From positions 2,215 to 66,214 of the forward strand of contig MSHB01000026.1 of assembly GCA_001940985.1 (NCBI GenBank): 64,000 bases of DNA, written 5' to 3'. This stretch comes from Mollicutes bacterium Phil14 (GTDB taxonomy: Bacteria > Bacillota_I > Bacilli_A > ML615J-28 > CAG-698). Both the position numbers and the translations under genes were made by a program. The notes beneath the pieces were generated by a model, which saw nothing but the letters and a program-made list of their open reading frames with translations, was not told the DNA's origin and made no database searches. Below, piece by piece: positions 34,195-47,700 of this stretch; position 1 is the stretch's first letter; every line of letters starts with the position of its first letter.

Positions 34195-37100
34195 TTAGAA
34201 CATTAATTGATGTTCAAGATAATTACGTTTTGCTCGAACTGTCTATGGATCCCACATTTCAATTAATCCGTGTCCAGGAGATGCTTTAATGATATTACGT
34301 AACACTTTAGGAAATCCTTTATATGCACCACTCTTAACTGTAGCAAACGGATTACCATCACCAAAGTAGTTAGGAATCCATAGTACTTTTAACATATCTG
34401 ATCCAGTTTCAATAACATTTACTGCGGCAGAAGGAGAGTTAAGCAAAGAAGTTAATTCAAAAGGATTATACATAGTACGGAACTCAAAAGCCGTTCTCAT
34501 AGCTACATATGAAGCAGCTTGCAATGCTAAATTGTCTTTATCATCATCTGCTGCTGGAACTAATATTAAGCTTACTAATAACGATAATGCTACAATATTA
34601 CCTAATTCTAATATCACTTTTCTAACATTATACTTCTCATAATCAGACATACTATCATATGTAGCTATCATCTATTTTATTGCTAAAAATTTCTTTTTAC
34701 CAAATCCGCTTTTAATTACATCAGCCGCTGATTGATATAATCCTCTTTCTACTTCGCCAGTATTATAGTTAAATTGAGTACCTTTAAAACGATCTTCAAG
34801 TCCAACTATCATAAAGTTTCTATGCATTACTACAAACTGAGCATAAGCATTAGCGTGAATCTAAGCTCTATCTGTATCAGTTAACATACCATCTATTTTA
34901 CCTGCTAAGGTTTGAGCTTTGTTAGTAACTGCATTTTTAAGTTGTTCTGTTACTAAGTCTTTATATTCATCTAATACTACTAACTTATCATCTTTAATAT
35001 CATACGCATCGTATAACGTTGTTTTAAGCTCTTTCCAGGCACTTTCTCCAGCTTCCTTATTATCTGCATAATATTGAGATAAAAATTGATTCTTGGACAT
35101 GAATTTACCGTCATGTAACTTATAGTTATGATATACTGCTAGTAATACTTGAGATTTAACAGTAAAGTCACCAGCACTATAACCATTAAACCAGAAATGC
35201 TGATTTATAGCTCTCATTGTAGCAGACTGATCTAATCTATCAAATGTTTCCTCATTAGATCTACTTACTTGGTTAAGCTATAATAACATCATTATCTTAT
35301 TCTTATGATTTACATTACCTATATTAGTAACTACATCAGCATAATTAGACATTAATTCTTCTTTAGCAAATGCTATATCACTCTTGTCATAATATCTACC
35401 TAATATACCTTCTATATCAGTATATCCTTGACCAGTTACAAAGTTAGTCATAATAGCCCAAGGATTGAATGCAAGATTTACTTTAGTAACAAATTGATAT
35501 AAGCTTCCTAATGGTTTACTTATATCTCTTCCTCCTATCGTAGTAACATTTTTCTTCTATCCGTATAGATTCATATTAAGTAAATCCTAAGCTTTCTAGA
35601 ATGCACGTAATGTACCAGCAGCTTTCTACTTCTTACCGTCACGCATTTCTAATTGAGATAGTCTCTCAAGTATCATTTCTAGATCATATTGTACTTCAGA
35701 CATATTTCTAAAGTTTTCAGCCATATGATGATACATAATAACTGAACCAACTACATCAGAAGTAATTTTGGTAGGATCATCTAACATCCTCATATATCTA
35801 GTAGGTATATTCTTAATAGGAGATCCATCAGGTCTAGTAGAGTTACTTACATTATACTAACTATCATCGTCTTTAATAGTAAGATTATCTTTAAGTATAT
35901 ATTTGATATTATCTACAGTAAGACCACCTCTACTAAGTAATGTCATATCTCTAGCAGACATCTAAGGTAATTTATATTTATTAGAGTTTGATAAGAATGA
36001 TATTTTCTCATTACTCTATTCCATATCTTTAATTATGGCATCATATAATTCCTTAGCTGAACCTTTTATTTTATTAAATTCTTTTGAATTATCATAGAAT
36101 TCTTTCTTAGGTTGAATATATTCATCTTCATTAGTATTGAATTCATTATCGGCAAATGTAGAAGCTCCATCTAATTCTCTAAAGAATCTACCTGGTACTA
36201 ATCTAGAGTATTTAGACATATACTCATCTTTAGGTTTTAAATAAGTATATCTAGATACTGGAACCATATAACCACTTTGATTTTCATAATGATTTCTCTG
36301 GAACCAATTATCAAAATCAGTAGGTCCTAGATTCTTATATCTATTATAATCTTCGTAATATTGATCAGTTTTAGCTATTTCAGCAAATTCATTAAATTCT
36401 GTTTTTGGACCTTTTACTCTTAAATTAGCAATTTCTTGTTCAAGATCTCTTAATTCTTTTTGCTGTTTTTCTGATAGATCCATATATTCATTAGTAGTAT
36501 TAGGTAATCTATACATTTTAAGTAATTGTTTACGCTTATCTACTAATTTGTTATATTCTTCACTCTATTCAGCTCTTTCTAATTGAGCCAATCTTTCATA
36601 GAATTCATCTGTAAATTCAACTTGAGTATTATATTTTACCCAGTTCTAGAATTCCTTACTTTGTGCTCCGTATTTAGCTGATACCATAGAAGCAGCTTTA
36701 TTGAACTTAGCCATATTAGCTTTATAACTAAGTCCTTCTCCAGTTTTCTTGTAGAATTCTCTTAATTCCTAAGCAATCTGTAAATCTGTACCATCTTTCT
36801 TAGTACCATCATAGTAATATTCAGATGATAAATTCTCTTTTTCTTTAAGTAAAGCATCTAGATTGTTTCTATCTTTATCTGTCATTAATACTGATAAAAA
36901 TATATCACCTCTAGAATATCTATCTAATATATAATTTATCTCTTTCTATACTTCATCTAGAGCATTAACTGTTACTTCAGATAATTTGTTCTTTAGTTCG
37001 TAATATTCAGGAGTATATCTACGATGTGTATATTTAGCATACCATCTATTCATGCGTTTATTGTACTCCTATTTAGTAGAATAATCTGGGAATACTATAG

Positions 37101-38730
37101 ATCCATCTGTATCTATTTCTAATACCATATCTTTTATTACTTTGTCTTGATATGCTTTTTCATCTTGATACATCAAACCGTAGTTTAATGATCTAGTAAT
37201 ATATCCAGTAGGTAATCCATTTTTATCTTTTTCCTAGAACATAGTAGCTACATCCTATCCGAATTCTTCTTTTGCTTTCTTTAGTATGTTAACTAAACTC
37301 ATACCAGCATCATAGGTGTTCCTATTAGTCTTATTCTAAGTATTACGAAGTATATTTTCCATTATTCGTATTACTTCATTACTAGAGTTTGAAGACATTC
37401 CTATATAATATCCTAACCAACTTATATCATTCTTAGGATCTTCTAACCACTGTATCATATCTCCTACAAATGGAGATCCTGATCTAGTAGCATAATCTAC
37501 TAAGAATTCTCTAGTATTATGTTTTAGAATGTAATCAAACTTATCTTGTATCTATTGTAAACTACCTAAGTCAGCACTAACATTTGATACAAACTGTTCA
37601 TAATCTGGTAAATCGTTAAGAATATCAGTGTTATTGATAAGATAAGATACATCTTTCATCATAGGGTAATAGAAGTCTAAGTAATCATGTTTAAGCTAAA
37701 CTAATTGCTTAGAATTGATATTTGATATATCACCATTTAAGAATTGAATAGTAGTAGCCAAAGTATCTTCAACATGATCTACAAACTACATTACGGCTGA
37801 TTTAGAATCTGCTTTATTTAAATCATCTATTAATCTTGATATCTGTTGTTCTACTTCAAGATTACGTTTTCCGTATCTTTTTAAGGTATTTAATCTTGAT
37901 TTTACACCTTTGGTTATCTCTTCGTATAATTTATCTATAGATTCTGCATTTCTACTATAGAAATTATTTTGAAGATGCTATAGTACAGGAGCTTGTTTTA
38001 TAGCACTAATCTCTCTAAGATCCTATCTCGCTAAGTAAGCATTAGTAAGAATGTTCTTTAATTGTTCTTTATCATACTGTTTCCAACTATTATACTTATT
38101 TCTAAGCCAATTAACAAACTTATCCCACCAACTCCAAGCTTCACCTTTTTGCTTAACTGCTTGCTCACCAATAGCCTGTACTAAAGCTTCTTCACTACCC
38201 CATTTATTAATAGCTTCTTGAACAATCTCCGTATCTCTAAATGTATCAATATAATAGTGTGCATATTCATGAGGAATAGTATCTTCACTAGCTAACATAG
38301 CTATTATATCAATCTATTTCTGAGCTTTCATGAATCTACCTTTGAATTCTCCTTCTAAAGGTTTTGATTCAGCTTTAATATTTATGCTTATTTCAGGATA
38401 TAACTCTTTAAGTTTGTAGTATAGTTCATCCTATAACTCTACTACTCTATTCTATAACCAAGCTTCTCGTGCTTCTGCTGTAGCCTAGAATCCATCTGCT
38501 TTTAAGGATTCTTGATCTCTATAAAATCCCAATTTATCTTCAGAAGATGTTTTTTGATAGAACACTTCTTGTTGCTAGGTAAAAGAGCTAGCATCCTAAG
38601 ACGCTAACTCATAATTACCTTCATGCTTGTTCCAGAGATAATATGCAACATTCTCCCCAACTTTATCAACTAAAGTATCAAATTGTTCTTTTACTTCTTT
38701 TAAACTAAAATTTGGACAAAATACTTTCAT
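34195..38730 (-). CDS. 1511-aa late protein with HExxH motif (TAG read as sense, 30 TAGs)
   Basis: Frame-0 fragments 34243..34671, 34861..35217, 36016..36516 and 38023..38298 join through TAG only (checked codon by codon). ATG at 38730, TAA at 34195-34197. HEYAH at 38257-38271. Confidence 0.75.
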
Positions 38731-38732
38731 AA

Positions 38733-41700
38733 TTATTCTCCTTTACATTTGTTTTTAATTTGTTCACCTTCTTCGTTTGCTCTTCTGAATTCATCATTAT
38801 TAATGTCCGATTCTTCTGATAATACACCAATTGTTTTTTCATATACATCTCGAATCGCCTATATACCATCTTCAGATATATTTCTAGTACCAATTCCTGC
38901 AAAATTCTAAGTTAAAGTAGGAGTTTCTGATTCACTCCATTCTCCATCTATATTTTTGTACCATTTGTTAGTCTATTGATCAAATACATAAACAGGTTTT
39001 CCTTCCTGTATAGCCATTTCTACTGCGTATCCAGTTCCTCCAGTAACCATTTTATGTAGAGCTACTCTTGAATCATTTTTCTAATCAGGAAATGCTTTCT
39101 AACCAGACTATATCAAGTTTCCTATAGCATATATAGCATCTGAGTATTTTACCTATGCCCAATTTCTAATTAGTCTACTATCTTTCATTGTTGCATACTA
39201 ATATCCCCAGTTAGCTTTAGCAGCTTCAGCAACTTTGTATCTACCTTCTTCGTAGTCCTATTGAGTTATTTCAACGTTACCATTTGGACTATTGTACTAT
39301 GATCTTTCTCCACTATAATAATGATTTGAAGTTACTCCGTACTATTCTCCAATTTGTGCCCACATTGTATCAGATCCAAGAGCTCCTCCTGAATGATTAA
39401 CAAATCCGTTTAGTTCTGGTTCTTCTTGCATATAGTCATCTAAAGTTTTATCTGTTTCTACTTCTAGATCTTCTAACTTAGTATTATAAATACTATCGTA
39501 TGATTCTATAGACATTGAATCGAAACTTAACAACCCATTGTTACTATACTTTTCATTTAGTAAATCTACAATGTTAAGTCTAGCAGTTTCACTGTTATTA
39601 CTTATCGGGAATCTATTAAATGAGTAGTTATCGGTTCTACCATACTCAGTAATAGTATTACCTTGCATCTTATATCCCTTCTTATCTACTAAGTGATATA
39701 CTGGTATGAATTGAGTATTTCCAGAACGTCTGTGTTTCTATATTGCCATACCTGTTAATTCATATACCATAGTGTTATTAGGAGTATTTTCGTTAAAGTA
39801 TTTAATCTTAACATATGGAGGATATATCGGATATGTTGCTCCTAGAGCATCTGTTTTATATCCAATAGGTTTAATATCATCTCCTCTATAAGAGGTTCTC
39901 ATACCAACAAAAGTTTCTAATATAGGATATTTAATACCAGGTATTTCAGTATATGGGCTATCTATACCAACTAATCCATTATTAACTGTAACTAAAGCCA
40001 TATCTCCATCTTCATTACGTTGAAGTCTTTGAGATACTACATAGTACTTGATGGGCTTTACTAAATTATCATTCTACCAGTTGTTTAAAAATACCTCTTT
40101 CCAACTTATATTAGCAGAACCGTATTTAAATTGCTCTAATTGATGTTCTATATAATCTGCATAACCTATATCTCTTCTCATTTTGTTAGGTAAGTACTTG
40201 AAGAAATTATTCATACCTGCATTATCACCAGAAGTAATAAATGAATAGTAGATTAAATCTCTAGCAAATGTACTTACTTCAGGATCAACACTATCATACA
40301 GTTCTTGCCAGCTATCAATAATAGAATTCTATCCATTAACATCTTGATCAAACATTGAGTAAGTATCAATGAAGTCTGGTTTAGCAAATTTCTTTTCGTA
40401 TTTACCTATATTAGATATCAAGAAGTTAAGTAATGTATTGTTAAGAGTTCCATCAGGATTTAAATATCCTTTAAGTTTACCACTATATATCTTCTACTTA
40501 ATATCTACTAGCCTACTAGCCATAGAGTTTTCACCATACAATAAATCTTTAGCAGTAAGTCCTAACTCTTGCATCTTTTGATTAAAGAATTGAGATTTAA
40601 TAGCAGCTTGCATAGACCCTATAATAGGTTTTAATATCTTAGCATTAGCTGTAGTACGTCTATTTATCTTATCTAATATTAAATCCTATACGTCTAAGAA
40701 TGCCTAGGTATTTCTAATTAACTGATTTTCAAATAGTTTGTTACCAAAATGTATACTGTTTTCACGTTTAGTTTGTAAGAAAGTTTCATTATAAAATCTT
40801 CTTACTTCTCCTGCACCAAATAGTGGGTCAACAGTTAAGTCTTCCATTCCTATATCGTATACCCTTTGTTCTGCAAAGCTATTACCCATTCGTTTGGTAT
40901 CAATCTTAGAATACTTAACTAAATCAGACATTGATTGAGCATATTTACTTAGCTCTTTAAAAGCATAGTATATGTAAATCTACATAGTGTTATAATCAGG
41001 ATCTGTCTCAGACATATTCATTATATTTCTAAGGAAATCCTTCTTAAATAAATCCTTAAACTATATAGATTTAGCATAGTTATCACGCATTACTGCTTTA
41101 AATGCTTTAGATTCAGAACTATTTGGATCATACTTCTTTATTACTTCTTCTATAGCAGCATTTTCTCTTTGACTCTGAGTTAAGTGTTGATCTACTCCAT
41201 ATTTACCTCTAGTTTTTAATACTGCTTGTGCAATATCTTTCATTATAGGTTGATTAAGGAAATAGAATGTATTCTCACCTTTACCCATGCGTAACAGATA
41301 TGCTGTAATATTGTATGTATAAGCATTTACATTCAGTCTAGTAATGTACGGATCTTTAGCTATATCCACAAATGCATTAATCAAAGCTGATAACCAACTT
41401 AATACACGGGTTCTTTCACCACTTCTATTAGATGTAGCATCATCATATATCTTACCAGCATCTACTAAGTCTAAAGCTTTAGTGAACTCATTTTCTACCA
41501 TCTGTAAATGAGTAAGCTAAGTAAGAACATGATGAGCATTGTTCAACGCAAATGGTCCAATACCAGCTTTACCACTAGTATACTCTTCTTTCTTCTATGA
41601 TTGATATTTAGGAGAATATTGGAAGAATGGAGTAACATATTTAGTAGCTTGAATACTTTCAATATCTTTCAATACTGTTTTTACATTCTCAGTATCGTTA

Positions 41701-44700
41701 TCGATTGATATTTTAAGTTCATTAGTATGATCAGTAGTAAGAAGAACTTTTAAGTATTGATCTACTAAGTTGTTCTTATTCTAAGCTTCACTGTTTTCAT
41801 CATGAGTTTTAGAATGATCAAATTCTATCTTATTACCTTCTTTGTCATAAGCATATCTTGATATAAATAACTTATCGACGTCGAAGTCAGAACCAGTAAG
41901 TTTAGTAAATTCTTCAGGTAGTACTACTGTATCACCCATTATTTCAGGTAATACATCAACAAATCTTAATGCTGATATTGACGCTTGAGACTGAGTAGGG
42001 ATACGATAACCGATTGAATTAGCTGTAGAATTCTATCCTATTATATTATGGTCTATCAACCACTGTTTAGCTTGATTAAAAGTAAGTTTATTATAATTAG
42101 GTATTATATGCTTAAATAAGTTAATACTTACTATTGCATCCATACTACCTTCTTCATTAATCATCTTTAATGGTTTACCATCATTCAACATTAAATCGGT
42201 AATATATCTGCTATCATTTGCAGTAATGCCAAATGCTGATCTTTGAATGAATGAACCTCCTGGAAGATTAATATCTATAGTGTGTTTATTTATATAAGCT
42301 ATAAATCTACTCTCAATCCAACTATTCTCTGATAATGCTGATAATGGTAATGACATCTTACCATCTTTATAAGTAAGAGCATTGATAATGTTATCGTTAG
42401 CATCTTGAGTTTCAGCATCAGCTAATAGAGCTTTAGCTAGTTTCTCTTCATTAACACTACCATCAGGATTACATAATTCATTTTCTATAAACTTTCTACC
42501 TATATTAGATAGAGCATTCATAGAAGCAAATACCTCATTACGTATCTATTTTCCAGTGGATTCTTTATCTTTACCATATCTTTCTTTCATACCAAGATTT
42601 GATAAAGCTACTTTCTACATCTGAGTACCTAACATTGATTCCTCATGAGTGTGAGGATCTGTCTTTAACTGATGTCTTAGATATTTAAATGGTTGTTGAT
42701 AAGTAGTAAGTTTAGATAAATCTGCTATATTACCATCTTTAGTATAATAACTCTGAGCGTCTTGAGAACCAGCTTTAACTGCACTATTAAACAAAACCAT
42801 ATCGATATTACGTTCTTTCATAGTATCATAAAGAGCTTTCATATCTCCAGTAGCTACTTGTTTAAATAATGGGAACAATGCCATCTTATCAAAGTAAGGT
42901 ACAGCTAAATCATTCTGGAATCTATTACCAAATGCCATATATTTCAATGGTTTAAGTAAAGCAGAACGCATCTTATTATACAACTTAATATCATTCATCC
43001 AACTATCGTTATCAGATTCAATGATATTGTAAGCTTCTTCTTGTTCTACACCCCATTCACCAATCATACGCATCATATTACGATACATCTTAGGTGTTAC
43101 ATATACAGCTGCATCGGCTACATTTATGCCTTCAGCATAACCCGATGCCTCTTTTTCAGTAGCTATCTCAGCATATTTAACTGCTTCAGGATACTTCTAT
43201 ACTAATTCATCATGAGTAAGTTCTTGTCCTTCCTCATTAAATAAAGCATCTTGTCCGTATAACTGTTTAACTGCTGTTATCACATTACCTCTGAAGAATA
43301 AAGGTTTGATAGTTTCTATGTACATATCAGAACCTTTTTCAAAGTCCTTTAATTCAGTACATGTATATTCAGTAGGAACACCTTCTATATCTAATCTATT
43401 GTTAGTACCAGTAGATGTTAATGCACCTAAACGTTTGATCTTATCTATACTGTTTTCTACTAACCCATTCTCATTATAAGTCCATTTATAATAAGCAGGA
43501 TCGCCATTAAACAGCCTCTCTATTTCATTGATAGATACAATTGTATTAATAGTATTATCTGCTATAATATCAATTATACCTCTGGACAATGCTACATCAT
43601 TTACTTCTTGACCTGTTTGTAGATGTTTATAAGCTCTTTCGTACTGTTGTGAAAAGTCTATCAGTTTAGAACTAAATATTCCATTTGATACATCTATTAC
43701 ACCCAATTCAGCAGCATATGCTAGTTCATCTTCTATTCTCTTTTGTAACAATCTATTCATTATTCTAGCTTGTTCATTAGGAGTTTTATCGAAGAATTCT
43801 TTCTTAGCTAATTTGACTAGTTCTTTAGATGATTTCTTAGGATCAGATAAATCTATGTATACTTCTTTCCAATTACCATTTTCATCTCTCTGATAAGCGT
43901 ATAAACCAGTTAAGAACCTAAATCTAGTTCCATTAGGATCTACTTTATGTTTCTTACCATTCTTATCTGTATAAGATGAATCTGTATGATAATTCTTAAT
44001 CTTTTGATCTTGATTCAATGGTGGATGATATTCATTGTTTTCATCAGTATAACCTTCAAGTTGTTGTATACATTGTTCTACAGCAGCTAAATCTGAGTTT
44101 GCATACTGTATCATTTGATCTACACCATTGCTATCAAATGTCATTATTTCACCGAATCCTGGTATAGTTTGAATATTTACTGGATTGTGGAATAGTTTAA
44201 TACCTTTAATAGTATGATATGTTTTCTTATCAGCTATAGTTGGGAATAATATACGATCGTTAAGTATCAATGTCATTTTAGCAATATAATCTTCCTTAGT
44301 ATTGATACCAAAGTAGTCACTACCTGTATCATTGAATGATGAAGTCTTGAAGTTAACAAGTGTTTCAGCACTAAGTTGAACATTCTCATCTAACATTGCA
44401 TTTAATACTAATGAAGACTGATTGTATGGAACATTCTGTAATTGCATACGAAGTTCTTCATCCGTATTTAATTCACTAACACGATCTGTAGCAAAGTTAT
44501 TCTGTGATTTAGGATATAGTAGATTACCGCCAGCAGCATAACTTCTTAATTCATCTGTATTATTATGATACTGTACATAGTTATTAGCTAACTGTTTAAC
44601 AAATCCATTAGTAGGATATAATTCCTGAGTTCTAACGAACTGCAAATCAGTACCTCTACGTATTTCTAATCCATTCAAAGAAATATTCGGTTGTAAGAAT

Positions 44701-47700
44701 CTAGATAAGGTATTAAGTAGATTGTACATACCACCAAATGCTCTAGAATCCTAGGTAGTAAGGAACTAAGTTAATCTGTTCTTATCGTTACTTTCGGATG
44801 TACCATATACAGGTTCTTTTAATATAGTATCTATAGTTCCTACGTCTACAGTAATACCTAACATATTAAGAATCTTAACTATATCATCTTTAGCCTTAGC
44901 TATACCAAAAGGGGTATTTAAGTCATACGATTGATCTCTTACTACGTAAGGTTTGTTATCTACAAAAGCTTTTACTAACGAATTATATCTATTTATAAGT
45001 TGACGTAAAGTATTCTATCCTGTATTAGACCATTGTACATTACCATCCTTATCATAAGTAAATATAGATTCCTTCATTAACTATTGAGCCCATTGAGTAG
45101 GTATAACTCTAGATTTAATATCTACTGTATTATCTATAATATTTACAGTATTATTACCACTTTCTAATTCTTGAGTCTTAATAGTTAGGAATGTATGTAT
45201 ATGAGAATGAACTACACTATAAATCTAAGTAAGTAACACTTCAGCATCCATAGCTACTTTATGATCTTGACTCTTAGAATTAGTTATTACCTTATTCAGT
45301 TTATCTCTAACTGATGCGTACAATAAATTATTCTCTGCCAGCTTACTTACTTTCTGTTGTAATTCTAATATTGAATTACAATTGTGTAAATCATTAAGCA
45401 CTATATTCCAAGTAATAGTAGGATCAACAAATTGTGGTAAATTAGTAAGCGGATCTTTCTTTAGTACTACTTTACCTTCACTATTATAAGTATAAGCAGG
45501 TATTGTATTGAAGAAGAATTTAACAGCTGCGGGAGCATTATCATACAATGACGCTTCGTATGCAGCTTTAGTATGTTCACCTATATCATTATTACCATTA
45601 TCTCCAGCATCATTAGCCTATTCTTCAGCTTGAGCTTCTTTATTAATCATTTTAATCTAAATGTTACTAAGCTTCTTTGCTAAATCTTTAGCAAATACGC
45701 TGTTCCATTTATCGTATATCTCTTTAAATACTTTGTTATCACTACCTTTAAATAGATCTCTAACCTAATTTAAATCGATATTATCAACGTGATTAAATAT
45801 GTTTGATATTTTGTTTATATCAGATTGTAGTTTTAACTGCTAAGTAATAGTAATATATACTAAACTATTTAATATTTCATCATAAGCATAGCGAGTTGGG
45901 ATAGAACTCATTTCCTATCCTCTTACTTCAAAGTTAGCTCCTTCTGAGTATAACTTAGTAAACCTATCTATATTCTACTGATTAGGTTTAACATTAGCAA
46001 ACTTACCATAATTAATATCATAGTACAATTTAGCTAATTTTAAATTACCTACCTTACTCCAAACTTTAATAAAATTACGTATCTTTCTAAACCAACTTCT
46101 AGCTTGAAAGTCAGTATTTCTGATATTATCATCTAACATGAACTCTTTAAAGTCTTCAGCTAGTATTTCATCTATCTAAACATCAGAAAGATCTCTTCCA
46201 TATTTCTTTCTAGCTCTGCTGAATATAGCTTCACGTTTCTTCTCATTAATAAGTAAGTTAGATACTCTGTGCCATGCTTCATGATATTCTGTACCTTCTG
46301 GAGCTAATTCTGATAATGCTATAGAGTCTAATTTACTCTTACCTAATACATAAGTACCAGCTCTAGTAATCTCTATAACACTTTCAGATGTTTCAGTATC
46401 TACTCCTAATACTCTATTTATATATGACTTGGCGTGTTCCAGATTTATTTTATTATCTTGTAGAGTGGTAGTCGCATAATTTGCTCCAGGTTCTAGATCT
46501 GAGAATAAATCATCTAATGATACTGAGGAAGTTGGATCAGCTTTCTGTTCTGTAGGAGCTTCTTCAGTAGCTACATCAAATTGATTAGAAGCTACTTTAT
46601 CTACTAATGCTGCATCTTTGAAATAAGTACTAGCATTTCTTAATCCTATAGTATTAGTTTGTATTATACCTTGATGTATATACCAACCTAGCATACTTAT
46701 ACCTTTAGGGTATTTAGGATTATTTACAAATTTATCTCCTTGTTTAGCTAATCCTACTTGTTCTAAAGTAAACTCAAGTTCACCAGGAACTATAGTTAAT
46801 TTATCTGTTTTATTAGTTAAGAACCAAGCTCTAAGACCGTTAAATGGGTTACCTTCAGCACGTGCAGCTCCATAATAATTAAATAAAGCATTAGATTCTA
46901 CTCTGAATGTTAGATTATTCATTATATAATCTAAAGCTTGCTATCTAGTAACTGGATCTGAATTCAGTTTTGCAATGTTGAATACATTACTACCAAGTAT
47001 TAAGTTACCTTCTGTATCTAATGAGAACTGTTTTCTAATACGAGCTTGTCTTTGTTCTTCGCTATATCTATCTCCAAGATTTCCTACTAAAGTATCTGGT
47101 CCACTGTATACTAACATGTCCAGTAATTGTTGAGGAGTAAATGGAGTTCTAACATTCCCTATAGTTACATTGGTATCTTTAGATAATATCAAATCTAATA
47201 CTAATTGTGCTATACCAGGTTTATCTCTAAAGGTTGCAACACTTGATTGTGCTATAGCGTATTTAACTTCTGTACTTTCATTATGTTTGACAGGTATTGC
47301 CCACATAGGTTGACCTAACCAACTACCGTTACCTCTTACTACTAATCCAGCAATACGTATCTGACCATTAGGACCTCCAGTAGCTATACCTATTCTAGTA
47401 TTGTCTGCAGTAATATCCATTGGAGATAATGATTGATTCCATAATGGAGATTGATTAATTGGCATTCTAGAATCTGAATTAACAAATAATCCATTAGTTC
47501 TAGCTAATCCAATTAATTGTATTTCCTTATTAGGATCTTGTTTTACTTGCTTTATCATCTCTCTCAGTTTATCCAGTAATTGGACATTTGATTGAGACGG
47601 TAACATTTTAGTTTTTATATCCTTACCTTTGTAATGGAATGTAACAATTATATCTCCATCTACTTCATCTACAGTAATAGTAGAATCGGTAATGAAGTCA

